Virus record (IMG/VR): IMGVR_UViG_3300036987_000420
Location: 9,577 to 73,576 of that record
DNA: 64,000 bases
Origin: a virus
Lineage: Duplodnaviria; Caudoviricetes
Strand: one strand, 5' to 3'
The notes below the pieces were generated by a model. It had not been told where the DNA came from. It was given only the letters and a program-made list of their open reading frames with translations, and did not search any database. Position numbers and translations under genes: made by a program. Within the stretch, counting starts at the first letter, position 1. Each line of letters opens with the position of its first letter. Positions 44,788-52,647 of the stretch are shown here, one piece after another.

Positions 44788-46443
44788 ATGCGCACGAATC
44801 GCGCGCCGCTGGGGCTGCTCGTCGCGGCCCTCCTCGCCCTCACGCTCGCCGTCACGACCGCGGCGCCGCCGCCCGCCCAGGCCGGCGAGGGAACGGAGGC
44901 CCGCGGCGTCGCCGCCGACACCTCCCGCGTCACGCCGATGGACCTGGCGCGCGCGACGCAGCTCGCCTCGAAGATGGTCCAGGACTGGCTCGGCGAGCTC
45001 TTCCGCACCGGCGAGGGCACCTACCAGGCCGGGTGCGTCAGCAACGGGTTCAAGTGCGTCGCCGGGACCGGCTTCGACGTCAACGTGACGGCCGGCCGCT
45101 GCCTCTACGACTACGCGACCGGCGCGTCCGCCTGGGTCTCCCGCACCCGCGTGCTGCACCTGCTCACGGCGGAGGCGGCGACCGACTGGGACGCCAACCC
45201 CGGCGCGGACACCTACTACGTGCACGTCGGCTACGGCGAGACCACGAGCGACGGCGTCGAGTGGCCGGACCCGGTCATCACGGTGGACACGGACGCGAGC
45301 CTCACCGGCACCTACACCGTCTGCTCCATCGTGGTCGGCGGGTCCGAGCCCGACGCGACGACCTACACGATCAACGACCTGCGCACCGTGCTCCCGGGGC
45401 CCGGGTACTTCCCGGGGGACATCTCCATCGGCGACGACCTGGCCGTCGGCGGAGACGCCAACGTCGTCGGGACTCTCACGGGCGGGCCCGTCGGCACCCC
45501 GATGTACAGCATCGACGGCGCGACGGGTGTCCCCACGTTCGGCGCCGCGGGCGCGGAGCTGGGTGGCGTGGTGGGCGGAACGGCGTGGTTCTTCGGCTCG
45601 CTGCCGACGCCGGGCGCAGTGATCGACGGGATCGCCGGCACGGCGGAAGTGGCGACGTCGATCGTCGTAGGGCCGCACGGTGCGACGACCATCCTGCTGG
45701 ATGGCGCGACGGGCTCCGGCGACTTCGACGGCCTCGTCACGGCCGCCCTGGGCGTCGCGGTGACGACGGTGGGGGTGGACCTCGAGGACGGCGTGCCGGT
45801 CCTCTTCGACACGGCCGACGCGGTGAGCATCGCGTACGACGCCGTCGGAGTGGAGCTGGACGTCACGGCGCCCACGGTCGACTTCTCCGGCGACGTCGAC
45901 ATCGCGGGCGACCTCAGCCCGGCCACGCTGACGATGACCGGGGCCGGCATCGGGGCCGCCGGCGACCTGACGGCGCGCACGGTGACGATTACCGTCCCCT
46001 CCGCGCCCGCGGTTCCGGCCGTGCCGGGCTTCGTTTCGAGCGGCTGGGCGTTCGGCAGACTCGACTGCACCCCGGCCGGCGCGCCGCTCGCCAACGTCTG
46101 CACCGCCGCGCTCTCGCCCGTCTCGCTGGGGCTCACGTTCCCGGCCGGCGCCATGCAGACGCACTGTGAGTACATCGTCACGACCGGGTTCACGAGCAAC
46201 GCGGGCTCGGACCTCGCCACCATCGCGCTGGACATCGGGGCGACCTCGCTCGTCGCGGCAACGGCGATCAACGTGGGGACGACGTGGGACGACGTGAACG
46301 CGCCCGAGCCGACGGCGGTGGACGGTACGCCGGCCAACTACGCCTACCTCGCGACGTCCGAGACCGTGGAGGCCACGATCGACGTCGAGGAGATCACGGC
46401 CGGCGTCCTCTGGGTCGCGTGTGAGTACGTGATCCTGCCGTAA
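44788..46443 (+). CDS. Signal-peptide-bearing tail-fibre paralogue
   Basis: n/h/c signal ending AQA; mature N-domain aligns with the 43104 protein; AAGGAGG RBS. Confidence 0.65.
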   Translation: MRTNRAPLGLLVAALLALTLAVTTAAPPPAQAGEGTEARGVAADTSRVTPMDLARATQLASKMVQDWLGELFRTGEGTYQAGCVSNGFKCVAGTGFDVNVTAGRCLYDYATGASAWVSRTRVLHLLTAEAATDWDANPGADTYYVHVGYGETTSDGVEWPDPVITVDTDASLTGTYTVCSIVVGGSEPDATTYTINDLRTVLPGPGYFPGDISIGDDLAVGGDANVVGTLTGGPVGTPMYSIDGATGVPTFGAAGAELGGVVGGTAWFFGSLPTPGAVIDGIAGTAEVATSIVVGPHGATTILLDGATGSGDFDGLVTAALGVAVTTVGVDLEDGVPVLFDTADAVSIAYDAVGVELDVTAPTVDFSGDVDIAGDLSPATLTMTGAGIGAAGDLTARTVTITVPSAPAVPAVPGFVSSGWAFGRLDCTPAGAPLANVCTAALSPVSLGLTFPAGAMQTHCEYIVTTGFTSNAGSDLATIALDIGATSLVAATAINVGTTWDDVNAPEPTAVDGTPANYAYLATSETVEATIDVEEITAGVLWVACEYVILP

Positions 46444-46479
46444 ACGGCCCCCCTCCGCTCCGGATCGTGAGGCGTTTCG

Positions 46480-46860
46480 ATGCTTCTGCTCCTGGCACAG
46501 ACCGCCGGCCCCTTCACTATCCCGCCTACGCCCGCGGACGGCGGGGGCACCCTGGCGACCTGGGCCCTGGGCGCACTCGTCGGTGCGCTCGTGCTCGCCG
46601 TGGGGGAGTTGTGGCGGCGCCGCATCGCGGACGAGCGCACCGCCCGCGCGGACCGCGAGAAGCGCGAGGAGCAGGAGCACGAGGCGGCCAACGAGCGGCT
46701 GGTCGTCACGCGAGAGGACGCCGTCAGTCGTGTGCAGCTCGCGGAGGCCCTCCGGGAGCTGAGCGCGTCGAACCGCGAGCTGGCGGCGGAGGTGCGTGCG
46801 CGCCTGCCGGCCCGGCCGAACGGGCAGACGCCGGCAGCAATGGAGATCGTCCGCGGGTAG
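46480..46860 (+). CDS. Holin-like protein (1 TM plus coiled coil)
   Basis: LATWALGALVGALVLAVG helix; upstream of endolysin. Confidence 0.55.
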   Translation: MLLLLAQTAGPFTIPPTPADGGGTLATWALGALVGALVLAVGELWRRRIADERTARADREKREEQEHEAANERLVVTREDAVSRVQLAEALRELSASNRELAAEVRARLPARPNGQTPAAMEIVRG

Positions 46861-46917
46861 ACCGCGAGCCCTGCCGCCCAGGCCAGCCGAGACCCAGAAC
46901 CACTGCGAGGTGCGCCG

Positions 46918-47898
46918 ATGACCGCCACCGCCGGCCAGCCGCTGTCGCTCGCCAGTCCCCTTGAGCGCGTCATCGCTGCGGCGCTGGCCGCGCGCGTGGG
47001 ACGCATCGCACGGGAGGTGCGCTACCAGGCGACGCTCCCCGGCGCGACCATGCTCCCGCTGCGGCGAGGCATGTACGGGCAGGAGGTGCGGCGGCTCCAG
47101 CGCGCGCTCGGCATCCCCGAGGCGCTCGCGGACGGGAAGTTCGGACCGCAGACCGAGGCGGCCGTCCTCGCTCGCCAGGAGCGCCTGCGCGGCATCCCGA
47201 CGGGCGTGGCCGACGCCGTCGTGCAGAAGGCGCTCGGCACAGAGATCCTCCTGGGGGTCGACGTCTCGCACTGGCAGGGCACCGTCGACTGGCCGCGGCT
47301 GCGTGCGAAGGGCGTCCGGTGGGCGGCGCTCAAGGCGTCGCAGCGGGGCACGGCGCGCCACTTCCGGACGAACCTGGAGGGCGCCCGGTCCGCCACGATG
47401 GCCACGACGGCCTACCACTTCGCGGACACGAACGAGACGCCGGGGTGGAACCGCGCGCAGCTCATGACCGCGTGCGGGCTTAACTACGACCTCGACCTGC
47501 CGCCCGTGCTCGACCTGGAGGACCGGAAGTTCAAGGACCCGCCGCGGCTCGTGCGCTGGGCGCTGGCGACGGGTCGGGAGTTCGCGGACGCGACTGGGCG
47601 CCGGCCCATCCTCTACTCGTCGTACTCGTTCCTCTGCGACCACCTGGCGGGCTCGAGGAACCCGGCGCGCTGGTCGGCGGAGTTCCGCAGCCTGCCCGAC
47701 CTCTTCCACCTCTGGATCGTCCGCTACAACGGAAAGCCCGACCCGGGCGATCTGGGCCCGTTCACGGAGTGGATCCTGTGGCAGTGGTCGAACCGTGGCG
47801 TCCAGGCAGCCGGACTGACGGGCTGCGTCGAGTCGAAGGGCCTGGACGTCAACTGGATGGCCGGCGGGCAGCTCCGCCGGCTCATGGGCCGGGACTGA
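46918..47898 (+). CDS. Endolysin: PG-binding domain plus GH25 muramidase
   Basis: LQRALG...DGKFGPQTEAAV; GVDVSHWQG, AYHF, PVLDLE, LWQWS. Confidence 0.93.
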   Translation: MTATAGQPLSLASPLERVIAAALAARVGRIAREVRYQATLPGATMLPLRRGMYGQEVRRLQRALGIPEALADGKFGPQTEAAVLARQERLRGIPTGVADAVVQKALGTEILLGVDVSHWQGTVDWPRLRAKGVRWAALKASQRGTARHFRTNLEGARSATMATTAYHFADTNETPGWNRAQLMTACGLNYDLDLPPVLDLEDRKFKDPPRLVRWALATGREFADATGRRPILYSSYSFLCDHLAGSRNPARWSAEFRSLPDLFHLWIVRYNGKPDPGDLGPFTEWILWQWSNRGVQAAGLTGCVESKGLDVNWMAGGQLRRLMGRD

Positions 47899-47960
47899 GA
47901 CAGAGACGCCCGCCGCGGCACGAGGCCGGGCCGCGGCCGCAAGAGGGGAGGCGATGCATC

Positions 47961-48320
47961 ATGGCAGCGACCCGCAAGGCCATCCCGCAGCGCCAGTCGA
48001 CCGGCATGATGGGCGGCGCCACGGCCATCGTGGCCGGCGTGCTGTCCGCGCTCGCGGCTCTGGCGGCCCTCGTGCTCGCGCAGCCGGTGTGCGGCGCGCT
48101 GCCCCCCTGCGGCGCCGAGGGGCTTGCCGCGGGGGCGGCCTGCCTCGCGCCTGGCGCCCTGTGCCTGCCTGCCGGCGCCCACTTCGTGGCGAACGCGATC
48201 GTCGTCCTGGCCGGGCCGGGCGGCGTCGGCGCCGTCGTCCTCGGGCACCTGGTCCGGCGCCGGCGACGCGCGAAGGGGGCGGCCCCCGACCACGTCCACC
48301 CCGAGGCGCCCATCGCGTAG
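47961..48320 (+). CDS. Two-TM holin-like protein
   Basis: Two hydrophobic helices, basic C-tail. Confidence 0.55.
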   Translation: MAATRKAIPQRQSTGMMGGATAIVAGVLSALAALAALVLAQPVCGALPPCGAEGLAAGAACLAPGALCLPAGAHFVANAIVVLAGPGGVGAVVLGHLVRRRRRAKGAAPDHVHPEAPIA

Positions 48321-48390
48321 CGCCGGCGCGCCGGGCCGGTCGACCAAATCCGAACCAGAAACGAACCAAATCCGAACCGAGGAGGCTCTC

Positions 48391-49017
48391 ATGCTCTCGT
48401 CCAGGGGACGCGTCGTCCTGCTCCGCGTGCTTCTGCCGTGCATCCTGGCGCTCGCCGCCTGCGGCACGACATCCACGAACGGCCCCGACGGCGGCCCGAA
48501 CCTGCAGCCGGCCTCGCCCACGGCGCAGGTGGTCGCCGGCGTCACGGCGGCCGGCCTCGCCGCGCTCGAGCCGCTGGCCGAGCGCGGCGCCGCGGTCTCC
48601 GCCGGCAGCGGCCAGACGGTACGCTGCTACCTCTTCAGCGCGGCCGCGGCCATCGCGCACACCGGCGGCGACTTCGCGGGGCGCGTCGCGAGCACCGGCG
48701 AGTGGTTCACGGCGGGCCCCGACATCCGCATCGACACCGCGGCGTGCCGTCCGAACGGCCTCGTGCCGAGGGTGTCGGCCGAGACGGAGGCCACCGTCCG
48801 GAAGCTGCTCGACCAGACGCTCGGGCCCGTCGTGGCGCTCACGCGGGCAGTGATGGGCGTGGCCGGCGTCGGCTGCCGCTGGCAGGCGTTCGCGGAGTGG
48901 GTCGAGCGCGAGGCCGCGGCGGTGACCGAGTCCGTCGTCCACGTGCTGGCCTACCCGGACGAGCCGTGGGTGCTCCCGGCGCTGCCGCTGCCGGCGTGCC
49001 CGGGCGAGGGCACCTGA
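48391..49017 (+). CDS. Lipoprotein (lysis module)
   Basis: Lipobox LAAC; GAGGAGG RBS. Confidence 0.7.
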   Translation: MLSSRGRVVLLRVLLPCILALAACGTTSTNGPDGGPNLQPASPTAQVVAGVTAAGLAALEPLAERGAAVSAGSGQTVRCYLFSAAAAIAHTGGDFAGRVASTGEWFTAGPDIRIDTAACRPNGLVPRVSAETEATVRKLLDQTLGPVVALTRAVMGVAGVGCRWQAFAEWVEREAAAVTESVVHVLAYPDEPWVLPALPLPACPGEGT

Positions 49018-49018
49018 C

Positions 49019-49225
49019 GTGAAGCGCCTCGTCTCCATCCTCGCCGCGGTCGCTGCGTTGCTCGCCCTCGCGCTGCTCCTGACGGGATGCGCGGCGCTCG
49101 GCCAGCAGGCATTCCGGCTGGAGGCACCCGGCGGCTGGGCCGCGGAGTACCGCTGCGGCATCCCGCCGCCCGACAACGACCGGGCGGCACGGATCGACGC
49201 GAACGCCGCGACCGGCCCACGATGA
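49019..49225 (+). CDS. Small lipoprotein (o-spanin-like)
   Basis: MKRLVSIL...LLTGC lipobox; Pro-rich. Confidence 0.65.
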   Translation: MKRLVSILAAVAALLALALLLTGCAALGQQAFRLEAPGGWAAEYRCGIPPPDNDRAARIDANAATGPR

Positions 49226-49370
49226 GAGTGGCGGCCTCTGTGGGTTGCGCCGAAGCAACCCACACGGCGACCCACAATCGGCTGGCTGCACGGTGCTCCG
49301 GGCGTCGCCCGGCATCGGTAAGTCGTTGAACTACAACGGGAGCAGGCCGCGCGCGGGCGGCCTGAACACG

Positions 49371-49412
49371 TTCACACGGTGGAAGTCACTGGTTCAAGTC
49401 CAGTATCGCCCA
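49371..49412 (+). repeat. att core = 3' half of tRNA-Val(CAC)
   Basis: TTCACAC anticodon loop, GGTGG, T-arm ACTGG-TTCAAGT-CCAGT, acceptor ATCGCCC-A; no 5' half upstream. Confidence 0.9.
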
Positions 49413-49423
49413 CTCGCCGCAAG

Positions 49424-49446
49424 GCCCGGTAACCCCGGGCTTTTTT
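49424..49446 (+). terminator. Host tRNA terminator
   Basis: GCCCGG-TAACC-CCGGGC-TTTTTT. Confidence 0.85.
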
Positions 49447-49527
49447 GTTGCCCGTGACCAGCAGATGGTCCCAAGTCCCACACGTTCTGGCCCCCAAACA
49501 GGCCAGATCCCACAGCAACTCCCATAG

Positions 49528-49740
49528 TTATGGCCGCTGGGCCAGCTCGACCAGGCGGGCCACGGCCAGCTCCTTGGCCTGGATCGGGATGCCGGAGTAG
49601 CGCTGGGGCATCTGCTCCGAGCAGTGCCCCATCTGGCTGCGCAGCACGATTCGGTCGATGCCCGCCTGGACCATCAGCGTGTTGAAGGTCCGACGGAGCA
49701 CCTGGGGCGGGACCCGAACGGCGAGCTTGGCGGCCTCCAC
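49528..49740 (-). pseudogene. Tyrosine integrase C-terminal fragment
   Basis: LRRTFNT...MGHCSEQM..RY catalytic motifs only. Confidence 0.85.
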
Positions 49741-49769
49741 GGCCAGGGGCTCGTGCAGCGACGCCGAGC

Positions 49770-49890
49770 TTCGGACGCGGGCGCGGGTGATGCCGTAGCG
49801 CTCAGCTAGCGCGGCGCGGTTCTCGACGCGGCCCGTGTCGAGGAGGTCCTGGAACTCGTGCGCGCGGGCGAGGGCGTCGGCGAGGCCGGA
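49770..49890 (-). pseudogene. Fragment of recombinase-associated HTH protein (copy 1)
   Basis: Manual translation LARAHEFQDLLDTGRVENRAALAERYGITRARV. Confidence 0.6.
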
Positions 49891-49911
49891 GGGGCGGCCG
49901 CGGCGGGACGG

Positions 49912-50110
49912 CGGCCTGGTCGAGGAAGTCGCCGCGGGCCAGTTTCTGGAGCTGCCGGGCCAGGGGCCGTGGCAACCGGTCGTCCGCGAACGTCGCGAAG
50001 GTCTTCGCCGGCGGGAGCTGCGAGGCGCGCCTCAGCCGCTGCACGCGGCGCTCCCCGCGGTCGTCCCGCTCGCTCTCCAACACTTCGAGCACGACGGGGA
50101 GCGCGTCCTC
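49912..50110 (-). pseudogene. istB: IS21 IstB N-terminal fragment
   Basis: ERRVQRLRRASQLPPAKTFATF...LARGDFL; no Walker A. Confidence 0.75.
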
Positions 50111-50639
50111 CTGGCCGGCGTCGATCAGGCGGCGGACCGTCTCGGCCGCCGCCGTCGGGTGGTGGTCCAGGCAGCCCGCGATGAGGCCGAGGAGCTGGCG
50201 CACGTCGCGCTGGTTCACGCGGTGCTTGTCGTCGGCCGAGGCGCCACGCGCGCAGGCGCCGCAGGCGCCGCAGGCGCAGGCGCAGGCGCCGCTGCGGGTG
50301 TGGGTGCGGGTGCAGATCGTCGTTGTGTGGTCCTTCTTCATGCTGCGCCTCCGTCCGTTCTGCCTTTGGTTTCAGTGCGTTGTCGCCCTGGATGTGCCTT
50401 CACATAGCCATCGCCCGCGGACGACTTCAAGGGCTTCATGCGAGAAAACCGAAGAAGATTAAGTGGTTGAGGTGATTTCAGCGCGGTCTCCTCGACCGGC
50501 GGGCGGGAACCCGCACGTGAGGGCCGCCTGCGCCTGGACTCCGCCGGGCGCGTGGGGTAAGGACCAGCGCGCCTCGTCGGCACCCGGCGTGCGTGAGCCG
50601 CACGACGTCGGCCGCCGCCCCACCCCCCAGGAGTGCGAC

Positions 50640-51206
50640 ATGGCCTTCAGGCAGTTCGTCGAGGAGGAGGTCCACCGGCGTGAGGCTGCATTGGTCTCCA
50701 AGACCTTGCGGGCGGCGCTGCGAGAGGCGGTGCCCCCGACCGCCACCGTTGGCGACGTCCTTGCCATGGCGCAGGAGGACGAGCGGCTCTGGGCTGCGTT
50801 CGAGGCGTTGACGATCGACGACCTGCGGCGGCTGTTCGGACGTCCCGGGAGCGGGGCTGGCGCGCGGCGGGCCCGGGCGCCGCATGAGGACTCCTCGCCG
50901 CAGCAGGCCGCGATGCCCCAGGAGCCCGCGGTGGCGGGAGCTGTTCCCGAGGTCATCGCACCGAGCCAGTCCGTCGAAGAGGACGTGCCCGCGGAGGTGA
51001 ACGGGCGAGGCCCCCTCATCCGCCGTCGTGTGGATGGCGAACGCGTCCTCGCGTACGTCCGCGCCCGCCCCGGTTGCACGTTCGACGACGTCGTGAAGGC
51101 CATCGGTGACCCGGATACGGCGGCCCTGCAGATCCGGGTGCTGCGCCGACGGGGCGCACTGCGGGTCTTCGCGGTGCGGGGGACGGAGCTGTACTACGTG
51201 ACGTGA
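50640..51206 (+). CDS. Putative DNA-binding protein with C-terminal wHTH
   Basis: VLAYVRARPGCTFDDVVKAIG...LRRRGAL; AGGAG RBS. Confidence 0.6.
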   Translation: MAFRQFVEEEVHRREAALVSKTLRAALREAVPPTATVGDVLAMAQEDERLWAAFEALTIDDLRRLFGRPGSGAGARRARAPHEDSSPQQAAMPQEPAVAGAVPEVIAPSQSVEEDVPAEVNGRGPLIRRRVDGERVLAYVRARPGCTFDDVVKAIGDPDTAALQIRVLRRRGALRVFAVRGTELYYVT

Positions 51207-51386
51207 TGCGGCGCGGCTGGATGCCGCCCCCGTCATCGCCCCAGCATCACGATCCCCGTGCCCGCGAGGCACGCGGCAAGTAGTTCCATGAGCAGCACCG
51301 CCAGCGCGCCCGACCACGTGCTGCGGCCCACCCGCGTCCCGCCTATCGTCCTGGCGCGTGCCATCCCGGTCTCCACTTTCTCATCG

Positions 51387-52434
51387 TCAGAACAGGCTCC
51401 GCCGGCCGGGATCCCAGACGCTGCCCGGCATCCCGGCCCAGGCGCTCCCTCGCGGCGCGACCGTCCGGGACCGCCCGACGCGCGTGACCCGGGCCGGGGC
51501 GCTGCCGCCCGTGCCCTTCGTCGCGGCCGCCGCCGGCGTCGCGGCGGACGGGGCGGGCTTCGGACGCCCCTCCAGCCGCACGCCCATGGCGAGCAGCGAC
51601 TTCAGCGCCGCCATCGCGTACACGCGGCAGTCGAGGGCCTCGTTGCGGCGGTTGTCGGGCTTCCACCAGAAGTAGACCGGGCGGCCGTCCTTGTGGCGGG
51701 TGCGGAGCTTCTCCGCGGTCAGCTGGAAGAAGTAGACCTCGTCGTTGTGTGGCTTCGAGAAGTGGCAGTAGCCCGGGCCGGGCCGGTCGATGAGCAGGCG
51801 CGCGAACAGCAGCTCCTTCGCCGTGTCGGTGCCGACGGCGTAGACGTCGTACTTGCCCCTCATCGGCTTGCCGGGCCGAACCGACCAGACCGGGTGGGGG
51901 CGAGTGCTGGGTGTTGATCGTGCCCTTCACCGCCCAGATGCGGCGGGCGGCCAGCTCGGCGGCGAGGCGGTCCGGGATCGCCATCATGCGTTTGCGGACG
52001 CCCTGGGCCAGCTCGAACCAGCGCCGCTCCACCTCGGCGGTCCGCGCGAAGGCGCCGGTGCGCGACTCGTAGTCGAGCTGGCGGAGCTTCGCCTTGAAGA
52101 GGGCGTCGGCGGTCTTGGCCTGGGCGTAGGTGCCGGCGGCCGGGGCGGGCGAGCCTGCGGTTCCGACGCCGGCACCGGCGTGTCCCACCGCCGGCGGGGC
52201 GCCGGCCGTGATGCGCTTCCCGGCCATCTCCGGCCCGGGCGGGGAGGCCGTGGCCGTCCACTCCCGGTCCGCGACCACCGGGTCGATCGTGCCCTTGTTG
52301 CCTCTGATTATCACTACCGCCAGAACCTCTGGACGGGGTCGATCGGTCCTGCTCGACACCCTGGTGGCCCCGATCCCGACCTCGCTGCGCGCCTGCCGAC
52401 GCCGGGCCCCGTCGCTGTCGAGCTGCCACGTCAT
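51387..52434 (-). pseudogene. Deleted lambda-type terminase locus (Nu1-like fused to gpA C-terminus)
   Basis: KAKLRQLDYESRTG...IPDRLAAELAA joined directly to RRIWAVKG, frameshift, then VGTDTAKE...QLTAE...RNEALDCRVYA. Confidence 0.8.
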
Positions 52435-52603
52435 CGCTCCTCGCGCAGGTCCGGGAGGGCAGGGCGGCCAGGCCAACGCCGGGCCCACCGCGCCCTCTTA
52501 CGTCTGCTCCTACGCCGCGGCGGGGACGGCTGTTGCAGGCGGGCGGGGAGGGGAGGCGGCGGGGGTCCGGTGCGGCCGTCGGCGGTCGGCGGGCGTCGGG
52601 ACA

Positions 52604-52647
52604 AAATTACCACAGTCGCTTACGGGTATGGTAACTTCGTCCCCATG
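52604..52647 (+). promoter_or_regulatory. AbiE operon promoter/operator
   Basis: TTACCA-N16-TGGTAA inverted repeat; TG-G-TAACTT extended -10 ending 7 nt before ATG 52645. Confidence 0.6.

Larger units (their letters stand above)
1..49412. mobile_element. Temperate prophage, myovirus-type (contractile tail), left end outside window
   Basis: Ordered early/immunity/replication/head/tail-sheath/baseplate/lysis modules ending at a tRNA 3'-half duplication (att); integrase not in window. Confidence 0.95.

Noticed and set aside
49371-49412. Intact tRNA gene
   Set aside because: Only the anticodon loop to the 3' end is present; the upstream sequence cannot form the acceptor 5' strand or D-arm.
50251-50290. 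Cys-rich CACACGACGAC peptide fused to IstB
   Set aside because: Arises from a GCAGGC microsatellite in a decayed region; no evidence it is a real protein.
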